A DNA stretch of 64,000 nt from Lingula anatina (Eukaryota > Animalia > Brachiopoda). The notes under the pieces are model-generated. The model was not told the origin of the DNA and did no database searches. It saw only the letters and a list, made by a program, of their open reading frames with translations. Location: the NCBI GenBank assembly GCA_051362555.1, contig CM120645.1, positions 5,580,001-5,644,000 of the forward strand. Reading direction: 5' to 3'. The position numbers were made by a program, and so were the translations under genes. Positions 51,501-64,000 of this stretch are shown piece by piece. The first letter of the stretch is position 1; the number at the start of each line of letters is the position of its first letter.

Positions 51501-53939
51501 TCTACTTTTTTTAATCTTAATGTTGTTCATATCACCACATATGATGCACTTTCAACTTCAAAAGAATGGGGAGTCGTAGTCAACTCTAGATAACGTTAAG
51601 AGTCACAAGGTAGCCAAATTCAGAGAGCTGTATTCCATACAGTTTAGATATTAGAAGATATACTGCTTGCGTAGTACTGTCTACCTGGTAAAGTATTCAT
51701 ATACTTACTGGCATCAACAAGTTCCTTCTGTTGTGTTTCTTTGCTATCAACATTTGCTGATGCTAAAAGTAAAGTTGGCAGGATAATAATAATAATAATC
51801 ATAGTAATAATAATAATAATATTGTATGACTATCAAATAAATGTATACTTAATTTTCAAAAAAAAAAAAAAATCTAAACACAGACTAATGAAAGCAATAT
51901 ACTATTTTCCCCATTTGTGGATACCGGAAGTAACTTTCCTGCAACCTTTAAAACGGTTCTACGCCGCACTACCTTCGTATGCTTGCTTGACCACGAAACC
52001 TGTGGAGTGGCGCGTTTTACCAACATAAACATGGTGCTTTCCTTTCACATTTTCTTTAATTCTAGAATGTAGCTTTTAACCCACGTATAGGGAGAGTATA
52101 CGTTATTTCCAGTGTTTCAAATCTTTGCAGTTTATATGTTCCCCTAGCAAAATGTGTCGCCCCTAACGCAGTTATGTACATTGCTACTAGGGTACCAATA
52201 GAATTAATTTTACTTAGACATAACAACCAGGCAACCAAGTCGTGTTTACTGGGGATATACGAAGTAGGACACTGAAATATCTCAACATCAACTATTTTTG
52301 ACATGCGACTCCTTAGTGAGATGGACATATTTTTTACCAAGCAGTGGGCATAGGAGGGAGTTTTGACCCGCCAAACTGCCAGGAGTTTAGGTTGTTCCAT
52401 AGGAACCATTCATTAGACAACATTATTACCAAAGTGGCACATGGGCACGATTGCCTGGGTAAAGCCCACCGAAGGAAACAACACCCAGAAAAGAGAGGGT
52501 GTTTACACACCTTTCTTGACTGTAACATTTAGCAACAACAGGGCAAACCATATTTCTGAGTTAACCATCTGAAGACGTCTGAACAATCCCCAGAAGTAGC
52601 CAGATAAGGTGAAACAAGCTATGCACTAAATATTATATAAAATTACCATTCACAAATGAGTTTGGTCTCTTGTTATCTGCTTCGCTTTCGCTGGCCCCTG
52701 TTCCATCCTCTCGAGCACGATTATTAATATCCCACACAGATCCATCACTTTGGATATTTAAGTCAGAGAGAGAGCTTAGTTCATCCGGAAGTCCTAAAAC
52801 ATGAAGCATATGATTAATATTATAAACGCTAGATATTTTTTATGAAAACAGCTCTATTTCCTTATATTAAAAAACTATTACAACTAATGAACAATACAAG
52901 TGAATTTTTAATAGATTCAAATAGAAAAAAATTATATTTACTTTTATTCTTATAGGTATCTTGATACCAGTGTTTCACTTGTACTGTATCTAAATTTTCA
53001 TTATGAATGTCCCCTTTTGGTGATTCACTTCGTCTGCTATTTTTCCCGCTGTCGCTCTCGGCGCCCGAACTTTCTCCCACACCTTCAAACAAAGTCGTTC
53101 TCACCGGAGAACATGCTTTGATTTCGGAAGGATCTTGTAATAAAAGAAACAAAGTTCATTTAAAAAAGGCTCGCTCACGAACACTGCAACGGCAGTGGGC
53201 TTTAGAATGTAGGTGCGGGCATCATTTCAAATTTCGGTGGTAGTTGAATATTCATAGCACAAGACTTGAAGATTGTTTGTGTGTCACAATACCCCTAGCT
53301 ATGCTAAGTTCATATGACTAAATTAGTGTAAATACTTAAGCACTTACTCTGAGGTGTTTGAAAATTCTCTCTTTCTGTTGCCTTGCTGAAACTCTCATCC
53401 TGATCTATTTCATTATCTCGTAGCAAATCTTTATCTTCGATCTTCGCGTCTGAGTCTTCATCCTGAACTTCTTTATTGTTTGCATCATTTCTTCTTTTGT
53501 CGCCCTGATTAACTTCACATTCGTTGGAGGAACCGTGTTCTTTCTCAGAGTGGACTTGATAACAAAGATATATTTTCACAGTTCGTAATCAAAATTTAAA
53601 TTTAAAATCTGTGACATAAAAAAATATCCACTGTCCCCGATAACTAATGGGCAATGATATTATAGTCTTTCGAAAAGGTCATGTTTAACAATTTTAAATA
53701 CATATAAAATGGTTTGCACCAATAAAACTGAGGATATTCTAAAGGAAAATTCTGTCGTACGACAATGCAATTAGTTGTTTCCTTCGGTTTTGAAAGCGAA
53801 ATGGATATTGAGTCTGCTTACCACTAGTAGTGCATTCTTTCTTTCTGTATTCTGGTATAGAAAATATATCATCTGATTGTGCAGTAAAACTATCTCTGCC
53901 GATACCAGAACAAAGTAACGAAGCTGTCGCGAACGCCAT
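45586..53939 (-). CDS. Uncharacterised acidic/disordered protein (~842 aa) with micro-exon repeats, a tandem TQT (LC8/DYNLL-binding-like) array and a C-terminal coiled coil
   Basis: Exons 53939-53822, 53554-53348, 53133-52942, 52793-52647, 51762-51709, 51367-51281, 50822-50769, 50286-50209, 50098-50045, 49433-49380, 48519-48466, 47610-47419, 47121-47093, 46794-45586. All are GT-AG, giving twelve phase-1 introns, one phase-0 intron and one open frame. Some boundaries (52942, 47610 vs 47616, 3' end) are less certain. Confidence 0.75.
45820..46353 (-). repeat. Coding 51-bp (17-aa) tandem repeat x10 plus a partial unit: MK(K/Q)xxxG(T/I)QTEExDDGC
   Basis: Seen in the 392-aa ORF: VKQCQIGKQAGEAVDGC, MKKCHGGIQTEEPDDGC, MKQCQIGTQTEETDDGC ... 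IKQCHGGIQTEEKDDGS. Confidence 0.95.
48665..49148. mobile_element. Old non-autonomous DNA transposon remnant with long imperfect inverted arms
   Basis: TAACTGACCAAGATATACA...ATATCAATAAAAAGCTTATTTCAACAGCTATT is mirrored by AATAGTTGTTGAAATAATGTTTTTATTGATAT...TGTGTATCTTGGTCGGTTA. Confidence 0.55.
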
Positions 53940-55361
53940 GTTTGGAATATGTTTTAATCCACGCCTGTCTTGCCTATTACGTTTACTGCTGTAAACTCAG
54001 TCTCGTCCCAACACAGTTTGTTTATGAAAAACAATTTATAAATAAATCAGGGGAAATTTCTGCCTGTAAAAAGACTGCATTCATGCTGAAATGATATTTC
54101 GTTTAGTTTGATTTATTAAAGTCAAACACCGATTTTTCGATTGAATATGTCTTTTAAATACATTGTTTCGAGAAATCAATAACACTCCATTGATTTTTGC
54201 GGGGCAAATCGTAAAGTGTCAATAAAAAAACAAAATCGTGTCGGTTGAAAAACAATTAAATGTATAGGTTTCGGACAGATCAAAGTAACCCCGTCAGTTT
54301 GAAGGGTCTTAGCCCCGACAGCACATTGATACTTCTCGCCTTAAATATTGAACTATATTGAAATATTGAATATTGAATACTCTAGCAGGGGATAAAAAAT
54401 TTCATTTTGACATTGAAATAATGACTTGGGCGTTCCCTTTCTGACCTAAACTTCATAACAAAAAGCCTTTTGATACTTTGCACGATGACTCACCTTTTTC
54501 GAAGAAATATATTCATTACCATTGTTTATTTAACAACATTGAGTGTGCCCCATGGACTCTTTTCTCTAAAAGTTTTGCTTGCCTTCCCCTCTTTATGGGT
54601 ATTTATAAAGTGTTTTCCAAGTCCAACAGATGTACATTTTATGTTCTACAGTCAGCGTTTAGATGAGAACGCGTGTACACATGTACCATTGGCGGTAAAA
54701 ATAACCTGCTTGCATGCATTGTAGGCATTATACAGTGCCGCACCCCCCTTCCCAAGGATGTTACTCATCCCACGGCAATGACTTACTTTGCTTACCATAT
54801 AATTACCATAAAAAATCGACCACTGCTATGAGTTTTATTAAATCAAATTCCATTATTTTTTTACCCTTAGAGAGTGTTGTCAAATGTGCATCATAGTGAG
54901 TCACAATGAAACAACTGAACAACCAATGTCACATTAGCTGTTTGTTAGGATGATGGTTTGTAGGAGAAATCAATTACTGGACTTTTTAATGACCCTTTTC
55001 TGATACCCCCCTTCTTTTATAACAAAATATCCACAGGTATTTCTCTGGCTATTCTCTAGCTGTGCATAATTCTTTTGTTTTATTCCCACTCCTTTTACTA
55101 TAATCAGAAAAAATCTGCCCATGAATCGTTGATTAAGATAGTGTGGTCCAGCTATTAATATCAGTATGGACACTGCTAGGTTAAGGCACACGGACCAAAG
55201 ACCCTGCTGGAATTTTCCCTTATAAATTAAAATGACCAGGCTGCCCTTGATCTAGACCTCCCTGGCAAGTGGACGCTATCTTCGACACTGTTCAATTAAG
55301 TTTTGAGTGGAGGTCATATAAGGCATAGCTTTGTCTTCGTTATTGCTCCCCTAGACTTCCT

Positions 55362-58158
55362 TTAGAAATCAGCTATTTCGGCAGCTTCTTGCTCATTTTT
55401 CATATCTGTTGACTTTTCAGATATGTCCTCTCTTGAATTTAAAATATCTTCCCTGGATCTCATTAGTTTTCTTGCTCTCCGCTTTCGCCAAGTTATCATA
55501 ATTGCTGTCACTGCCGCTGTCACCGCTAACACAATGATCAGACCCGTCACAATACCGGCTATTGCGGCCCCCGACAATACAAATGGGTCGTCCTCTATGA
55601 AAAGAAGCAAATAAATCTTTTGAAACATTTAATATGTTTAAATATGTATAATGTTAATAATAAAAACTTTTTGTACAATCCTTTAGCCAAAGTCCTACGC
55701 TCTTTGCCTTCTATTTTAATGCGTTCGATTCAGTTAAATGCAAAAATGTTCCCTTGAAAATTGCTGATATGGGTATGGGTGGGCGAAGACTAATTATCCA
55801 CTGATTAAGAAGGCTGGCGGTAAAAAAATTTATTTTAAAAAAATAGAAACAGATACGGTTGTATATTGGTCGCTAATGAGCAAACGGTTTGATTAAATGT
55901 ATGTTTATGGATCAGTTATAATTTAACAGAATGGCGTTTCTAAAATCTTCTGAACTGTGTAGGGGAACAACATGGCTCGCATATTCATTTTTTTAACCTC
56001 AAGCCAAGAAACAGGTTTAACCGTTTAACTCCACTTCATACCTGCACTGACTATTAATATTCCTATCTTGTTTACCGTTTTCCATGGTTTGGGCTTTTAT
56101 GTCAAGACTATAAATCGGTGTTAATTTTGTGTAGTAGTAATACCTGAATTAACGACGCAACCCGGAGTGAAACGTGGCGGTAAAATGTATGTTAAGTTAA
56201 GATGGCATGCCAGTTATTCAGAAAACTAAATTATTTCGACGTGTTTCTTAGGGCGTGAGTCCCCCTCTTCCCATTTTGTGATTTAATTTACTCACAAATG
56301 TGTTCATGGATTATTTTAACGGAACCATAAGTATACGGACATACAACGATTCCCTTACACAGTTGTTGAACGCGTACATACATAGACATACGCATGTTTT
56401 GTCACGAGAAGGCCAAAATACGGAAAACATTTTCTAAAAATTAAGATGAAAATACAGTGCTTCGCTACCTTGGTCTATAACTGTATATATCCGGATATGA
56501 AATCTGTAGTTTCGGTAAGACAAGGAGGAGCGTACCAAGCGAAGAGTAACGAAGGGTTGGGTTGAGTTGAGAAGGACGGGTGGCGGAAAGCCACTCGCGC
56601 AGTTGTAGCGGATTATCTGATGCTTAAAAAAGAAAATAAAAAATACTATGTATTAGAAACATGCTAATATCGCTCCCCATATTATAAATGATTCATTTTC
56701 TGATATGTGATTAAAGGCCTACTCGGATGCATAACAGATTAATTAACTTAAACAGAGAAGGAGCTTAATACTTATTTTGCCATACATCTTTAACTTCTGA
56801 ATAATTAGCAAGGTTTTGTAATCATGATTTCCAGATGCAGCCCTCCTCCTTCTGCTAATATTATTTCCACCACATAATAAAAAAAAATAAAACCAAGGGA
56901 GACGATTGATCTTACTTTATCCTCTAGCGACAGAGACCCGTCACCGTCGTATATGTCCACTCCGGACGTTTCCGACTGGTCTCTGCAGGGGAAGTGCAGC
57001 TCGGAAATATTCAACATTAGTTTCCTGTTTGGCCGATAGAAGGCGTGGTCTGCGCGGAAGGTAAGCCGACAGTCTACAGGTATTTTGTAGTAGTAGTCGG
57101 CATTGTCGGGGTGAATGGCTTGCACCGTCACGACGTCATCACGTGCAACCTCGTGCGCAATGTGACGGTTGCAGTGTTTCCCCGTGTCATCCATGTAATC
57201 TGCAAGGTACAAAATAAATTAATGGGTTTTCAACACCAAGTCAATTATTTTGGTTCAGTGCTAAATTAGAATGCTTCTGTTGTCTAATTACTTAACACAT
57301 GCACGCACTCCTCACCCCCAAACACACACACAAGGACATGCGTGCATGCTCACAATTTTGATTATGTTTGTTTTTTCTTCCATGCAGCTTGTTAAGCAGT
57401 AATAAACATTTATTCTAAATCACATTTTCATTCTTGTGAAAGTCCAATATTGAATGAAATAAATGCACTAAAAAGAAATTTAACCTAGCCAGCGAGTGAT
57501 AAAATAACATTTAACCTAGCGTTGCATTTGATGTGTATATATTTCTACTTGAACTATTTTTATGAAACGCAACTGTATCTTTTTCGAAATCATTTTAAAA
57601 TCACTATATTTCAAAAACTGGTGATTAACTGTTTGACGATTTCTTTACGGACATGAAATCCGTGTTGATCCTCTGTCTGGGTCAAATGTTCTTTAGAATA
57701 ATATATTTCATGTCCTTGGGTCATTCATTGTATTGATGTGCTTACAAACGCAATTGTACATGCAACTGTTTATAAAAGCAGTTTATATATTCAATCTTCT
57801 GCTACGACAGGTTCACAACCACCATTTGTTTATGTTACCATTCGTAAAATAGGAAGTTAGGGCAGATAATGTATTTTGTCTACAGGACCACGTACTGCTA
57901 TCGTGACCAGCCAGTGGTCTAAAACAAGTTTTTTAAAACACGATTTGTACCTGACATCTCTGTGTGCACGTGAATGACACGTGTCACATGGATGGGTTAC
58001 TAAATATTTATGGATCAAGACCCTTTAGCTAATATTGAGTCACCAATAGAATTAAAAAGAAGTTTGGGGGAGGGGCGATGGTGTTTTGACTAGTATGCAA
58101 AGGTCCTTTTCAGATAATGTTTTGCCGTGTTCCCAGTGCTTGCGTGTAATTTTTTTTT

Positions 58159-58189
<31 letters not shown>

Positions 58190-59515
58190 GAGAGGGGGTG
58201 AATCTACCGGCAGGGCACACTGAATAGTTGCACTGCATGTGAAGCATATGACTTCAATTCATAAACAGCCAGGGTTTTTCATTTTTACAATCAAATCCGT
58301 CTTAAATCTGGGACAGTCCCAAGGTCAATTTGCATCTGTGCAAAGCAGGACCCAATACAACCTGTCAGCCTGAAATAACATTCAAAGTTATTTACAGTCC
58401 CTGTTGTCCACTATTCATAAATTTTCACTCAATGTCGATGTCCCAATTTCGATTGGTGCTTGAAAGTGTCAAAACATAAAATTTAGTGAGGTAGCTGTTC
58501 ATTTCACGGTAGTGCATGGACTGTAACCTTCTGCATGTCCTATTACTTGTCACAGCAGGCTTTCTACTTCGTTTTTAAACATTTATGACTTAGCACATAA
58601 TCGTGAATCACTGAAGATTGGCATAAAACAAGTTCATCCATTAATGTTTTTTTATAATGGGAACAAGCGGACGACGAAATGACTCTTGTGCAAAAAAAAA
58701 AAATAAATAAAATAAAAAAAAAATAAAAAATAAAACCCACGCCTGTTGTAAATATAATATCCTGCTGTAAATATCAGTGCACTTAAGGTAGACGCAAACC
58801 TGCCACCAGGCGGTACATATTTGACCTGTTATTGTTACCAGGATATTCACTGTTAAAACACCTATTTTGTGCATCCGCCTTTTCGCGGGATAAGATCTTT
58901 TTATTCTTATCAAAGACAAGTACCTGTAACAACGTTACATTTATAGCTTCGTGTAATATCAAATGATGACACGGCAAATACTATATATATTTTTCTTATA
59001 CACAAGGGACTATATACGGGCATACCTGACATTTACCTGCGCTATGTTAGACCCACTACACAGGGCTTTCTTTAAACTGAGTCTTTTTTTCTTACATTTT
59101 ATCACGGTTTATTACACCTGTTAATCGTTGGCATGTCTTAGGTTAATCCTTCTCTGTGCTACTTGGTGATAAAGTGCTTTTATTAAATCCTTTTTGTATG
59201 AACCCTCTTACTACATAAAAGAAAATCAAAACAACAGTTATGTTTTATGCAAACAGGAAGGGACGATGACTGCACGTTTCTTTCTTTTATTTTTCTTTAA
59301 CTGAAACTGAATTCTGAAAGCTGTATTCCCATAGTCTCTCATTCCAATGAGTTGAATTATATACTCTTGAAAATGAATACGGCATATTCATTAATATACA
59401 GATATAAAAAGAAATATATATAGGAAAAGGGTGACTTACAGTGGTATTCGTCTGCGGTCACCAACGGCACCGCAGTCAAGAGACCGGCTATCCAACTCAG
59501 GTAACAAACTTTCAT
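55362..59515 (-). CDS. Type I membrane protein with signal peptide, a single CUB-like domain and TM (~246 aa); paralogue of the 35373-41325 gene
   Basis: Exons 59515-59440 (MKVCYLSWIAGLLTAVPLVTADEYH), 57199-56916 (YYMDDTGKHC...DCRLTFRA...LHFPC...IYDGDG), 56616-56469 (IIRYNCASGFPPPVLLNSTQPFVTLRL), 55594-55362 (LSGAAIAGIVTGLIIVLAVTAAVTAIMITWRKRR). Phases 1,0,1 match the paralogue. A TATA-like TATATATATAAA lies ~95 nt upstream of the ATG. Confidence 0.85.
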
Positions 59516-61141
59516 CTTCTCTCCTCCGCCTCTTGTCTACTTTCACACGAATATCACCTGCTTGTAGACGGCGATGACAGTCCAATTTTTTCTTCAGGTA
59601 ACCGAGTTTATATATATTTCCCTAAACGTGGTTCATTTGTGAAGGCTACCGACGCAGAGACGGGGGTGACGTATGCGACACGGAACACTGTGTGTAATGC
59701 ATAATCACGAATATCAAGCTGTGGTTTTAGGCACAGGTAACAGGCCGTATGGGGGCATTCGCTTTTTTATTATTTTAATTATTATAACAATCGAGGAAGG
59801 GACGGGCGCCTTCATTACTTAGCGTCTCAGACGCATAAACAAACGTCTCAATTATTATCGCTGATTTGCACAGTTACAGGCCGAGATGGAGAGAACCGCA
59901 CCTTGTCTTTTGTTCTACGAGGAGCTAAGACAGACAGGTAGGTAGGTAGGTAGGTTGTTCCACATTGGTGTTTTTACGATCAATGAGAAAAAAGTGTAAA
60001 AAATTAGTATGAGGTACAACAAATGCCTTTCAAAACTTTGATTTTTTTTTATCATAAAGTGAATTTGGATCAAGACAAATACTTTCATTTTCTATTATGG
60101 ACCCCAGGCGCTTAGTTAACACGAAACAGGAAACCACAAAGATTCATTTCACCAAAAAAGCAAAAACCCAGACGGCGCGGGGAGGAAGGGGGGATTGAGA
60201 GGACGATCGCCACTTTTCAGCTTTTGGGGAAGGTTCTGGTACCGTCATGAAAATATTTGTTTTTGGTTCCCAAACGTTTTGAGAATCTCAAAGATTACCC
60301 TCATTTTACTTTAGCGTGTGTGGCGGATTGTATATAAAACGTCTTTACAACACGAAATGTGAACGGTTTAAATACAGATTTGTGTATAAAACACAATTTA
60401 ACCTTTGTACGGAATATGTAGTCTGCACTGGTTTCAACCCTTCTCCGTTTATACTTTGTAATGGTAAACCACAATTACATGCACGGAAAATTGACATTCA
60501 GATTTAAAAGAGTAGGAATCTTTATTACATTTAGATTGAGACGGCCCCACCAGGTTGCTGTACTTGGGACAGAAATGCTAGCGTGGTTGGAGACAAAATG
60601 CGCACACCTCAAAATGCGCACACCTAACACAATCGAAATGTCCGTGATTGTAGCTTGGACTCGGGATCTGATGATCACATTGGAACATCCGCAGCTGTGA
60701 TAAATCGTGAACGAAAGTATTTTCTGAATGTAGACTGCCGTCACGACAATATACATGTACCAGTTGACATTGCTGAAAGAATGAAATATGAAAGAGTGTT
60801 CGTCTCAAATTGGATTTCCTACCATTTTGATTTGTGGCCAATTTGATAAAGTAGGGAAATCGGGAAACCTTCATGGTATTGAAAGGTTCCGTGGCTTCAT
60901 TTTCGAAATGCAAGATCGTGTACGTGAATTTGAAAAAAGATTTAAATAGACCTTAATCCACGTTTTCTTGCGGAGATTTCGAATTTTCAAACAGATGTGC
61001 ATGGTCGTGTCCATTTTTCAACCACAATACCTTATTTTTGGCTTTTGAAAAAGCGAAAATGTTGAGAAACATTGAGAGTGTGTGTTCAGTAGCACCAGGA
61101 GTAGTATTTTAGCTTTCTTCCATACTGTATGCGACCCATAT

Positions 61142-61388
61142 CCCTGCGAAAATTTGTCTCATTTAACGTTCACTTACGGTTCTCAATCTATTCTAGAACA
61201 TTTGGTGTATATTTTTTACAGTTCTAATGTTGTTCTGTTATGAATGTAACAGTTCGAGAACTGTTTTTGGGAAGTCCTTCAGAATGTCCTAGAACAAGAA
61301 CAATTTTTCATTAAAAGAGAAAAACATTATGTTCTAGGACAGATTGAGAACCGTAAGTGATCGTTAAATGAGACGAATTTTCGCCGGG
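61142..61388. mobile_element. MITE with ~48-bp TIRs and CCC...GGG termini
   Basis: CCCTGCGAAAATTTGTCTCATTTAACGTTCACTTACGGTTCTCAATCT and AGATTGAGAACCGTAAGTGATCGTTAAATGAGACGAATTTTCGCCGGG are inverted. Internal GTTCTA/TAGAAC motifs recur. No TSD is evident. Confidence 0.8.
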
Positions 61389-63272
61389 GGCCCAGCATCC
61401 CCTTGTCTATCCATCAGTATCTATCAATATGACCCACAGATGCTGTTTTTCCCGACACTTTCCAGACTGCGATGAACAATGCAGATTACATTGTCATTAG
61501 CTACTGCACTTAATGCATCTGAACACAGCTGCAATTTGTTGCCGCCAAATAGCGAAGACACCGAGACCACCGAAAAAAGGATCAAAGTTGAAAAAAAATT
61601 AATGCCGATTGGTTAGAAAGATCTCTTTTTTGTTCCTATGGCCCTGCGCCTCACAGGTTACATTTTGACGGCTGTTAGACCAGAAAAGAGTTCAAAACCA
61701 CACAAAATTCAACCTTTCTTTCCCCCTCCGGGTCACGGCATTGTATGGCGCTCAGATTTCCCAGGCGGACATTCGACCCGTGACGTCATTTAGACTTACA
61801 CAGAGCCTGCACCCTGGTCGATTTTCTAACCAACACCATGCAGCATACAACGTCAATTCTTGATTTTATTTACTCTCGGAAACCTTTCTTTTGAAGTACA
61901 GTCAGCAACGCCACATAATTACCAATATTTAAGGTTTTCGATACGCACGATTGTTCACAGTTGCGGTAAAAAATTCAAGCTGAAAATACAATTTCTGAAA
62001 ACTATTTAAGTGCAGTATAAATACAATTTACTACATCATGAATACTAGTGCAATTAAATCCACTTAACCAGAATATACAGTTTAGAAGGGGTTAAATATG
62101 CATGACTTAATACAATTAAATATATAATACGACTATATGGCGTACATTTCTTGAGACCAATATTCAGGCGGTGATCCAAATCTTTTTCCAATTTCCATTA
62201 ATTTTTTTTACAAGACAAACACATTAATATACAATTGTACGCTATTTCTACTCATCAGTACATTATTTGCTCTTTGATTATTCCTTCCATCAACACAATC
62301 TAACCAAACCTTTTCACTTTGATATACATGTATCTGTTTGTATGCATTTATACTGGAGAAAGAAAGAAAGAAATAGGGGAATTTTATCTACCCTGTGTCC
62401 CCTCTAGGTTCAACCAGGCCCTTGTGGAAGGGTCCTGAATCCGGCATTGACTTTATTTTCGGGTGTGTTCGATAAACGAAACTAATTGCATGTATGTATG
62501 TAATAACGCCACGGTAAATTCTATCACTATGATGCCTTATGACGTCTGAGTTGTAGTTTAAAATAACCTGATTGTCCGACATAAAATAAGTGCTATCTAA
62601 CAACATAATCCTGTCACGCTGCTGGAGTACATTAATAACAGGAAAAGAAAAGAAAAGAAAAATATTAGAGACGTTACATAAGTAATTGTGTTCTCACTTT
62701 AGCTAACGTCACTGTGGATCGAAAACTGCAACCACGCAGTTCCAAAATGGAATCATTGCCAAAGAAAGATAGAAATAACCAAGCTATGGAAAAGTGTTAG
62801 CAAAATTGATATTTGCTGGGAGGCTTATGGTGACACTTAATTGTAATAAGCATCGTACGCGTGAGGTAATTACGGCAATACATTTTCTGATCAATGACGC
62901 GTTGGTTGAGGTTATTTTCATGTCATTTACTACTATTTAAATGCGCACTAAATGCGTTTGAAAATGCTTCAAAGTTAAATTTCTCGTGTCATGTTTGGAT
63001 ATCATGCAACACTTTTTTTCTTAAATTAGACCCTTAATACGCTAAAAAATCCTAAAATACACGATTCATATATTTCCCCCTAAAAGTCAGGATAATGGTA
63101 CTCTAAATTTACCATGTTTTGTTTAAAACTAAGTTATTTGAAACAGTACAAATCCAAGAGCAGGACGGGTCGCTCAGTACTTCTTGAGCAGGAGGAGAAA
63201 ACGCATTTTTTTTCTCCAAAACAGCCGACTGGCAAGAAAACCCCATATAGGACGCCAAATGCTGCCCATTCG

Positions 63273-63419
63273 TTAGGTCGTCTCTGTGTTGTTCACGGCA
63301 GTGTGCAGTGTTGGGTGTCGTCTGCTCCGCAGATATAACACCAGTACGATCACGAATAAAACAAAGAATACGGCGCACAGCGCACCCGGAACGCTCCACG
63401 CCGGCACCATGCTGTCACC
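63273..63419 (-). CDS. Probable terminal transmembrane-encoding exon of a membrane-protein gene extending beyond the right edge
   Basis: Acceptor ATTTTGCAG| is followed by GDSMVPAWSVPGALCAVFFVLFVIVLVLYLRSRRHPTLHTAVNNTETT*, a hydrophobic helix plus basic stop-transfer. The sequence is GC-richer than its flanks. It is below the ORF-track length cutoff. Confidence 0.5.
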   Translation of the reverse strand, partial: GDSMVPAWSVPGALCAVFFVLFVIVLVLYLRSRRHPTLHTAVNNTETT

Positions 63420-63757
63420 CTGCAAAATATGAGTTAGGTTAATGGATCTTATTTAAAACAAAGACGATCAAAACAGGAACGACAGCAAATAGTTGGGTGC
63501 ATTACAGACGCAGTTAATGCCTTCTATTAGTGTAGGCCTAATCACTGACTAATTACACATGTAGGCTATAAATTGTTTTTCAAATAATTACTGATCTAAA
63601 AGCAAATAGTAGCGGACAGAGGGGAATTCAATAGCCAGATTTGAAATGACGAATATTTCATTTTGAACCATTATTATCGATCAGTACATTTGTTACAAAA
63701 AAGAAAAAAAACAGATATGAGTGGTGTAGTACATTATGAATGCGAGAAATATTACGG

Positions 63758-63760
<3 letters not shown>

Positions 63761-63794
<34 letters not shown>
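63761..63794. repeat. (AG)n microsatellite (others: (CT)n ~3748-3785, (AG)n ~8593-8632)
   Basis: Visible directly in the sequence. Confidence 0.9.
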
Positions 63795-63798
<4 letters not shown>

Positions 63799-64000
63799 AC
63801 CTGGCAGTTGTCCATCTTTGCTGTTATCAAAAGAAAGAAGAGAAAAAATGAATTAGATGCATTATGAACGAAAATATATGTTTTCATTTATTAAATGTCA
63901 CCTTTTCTATACATTCATCGGTTTGGTCATACATTATGTATTATTATCTAAATTCGTAAAAATATAACATCCTCAATTGTCGGTTACAACGATTAGACAC

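Noticed and set aside
51741-52532. ORFs of 62-115 aa on both strands inside the TQT-gene intron
   Set aside because: They are partly (AAT)n/poly-A derived and lack coding motifs. They may be old repeat debris but cannot be classified.
53939-55362. Possible fusion of the single-CUB TM gene with the downstream TQT-repeat gene as one receptor with a giant cytoplasmic tail
   Set aside because: The TM exon ends in a stop at 55362 with no good phase-1 donor before it, and the downstream gene has its own ATG exon (53939-53822) in the right phase.
60578-60772. CVRC-x5-CAFC resembling a ZZ zinc finger after a minus-strand acceptor
   Set aside because: The Cys pattern coincides with a 16-bp tandem duplication (CAAAATGCGCACACCT x2) read in shifted frames. 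The first CxxC pair is absent and no linking exon was found.

Overview
This is AT-rich, intron-containing animal DNA, probably from a marine invertebrate (taxon is inference only); it is not prokaryotic and has no CRISPR array. Manual splicing (GT-AG, phase-consistent) gives: (1) a decayed L2/CR1-type LINE at 1-1220; (2) the first coding exon of a GT7 beta-1,4-galactosyl/GalNAc-transferase paralogue (minus, 4484-4196), with no later exons found in the window; (3) one tRNA-Gly(GCC); (4) a complete 6-exon GT7 gene (minus, 28545-12505, ~635 aa) with an unusual second hydrophobic segment at the C-terminus; (5) a type I membrane protein with three CUB-like domains (plus, 35373-41325) and two candidate last exons; (6) a 14-exon, ~842-aa, largely disordered protein (minus, 53939-45586) with duplicated 54-nt micro-exons, a 17-aa x10 array of TQT motifs resembling LC8/DYNLL-binding sites, and a C-terminal coiled coil; (7) a single-CUB type I membrane paralogue (minus, 59515-55362); (8) a probable transmembrane last exon at 63419-63273. 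Several MITE families (3-bp and 5-bp TSD) and microsatellites are scattered throughout. The strongest novelty candidates are the multivalent LC8-hub-like protein, the doubly anchored GT7 enzyme and the amplified splice-donor array in the CUB gene. All gene models are hand-derived and lack transcript support.
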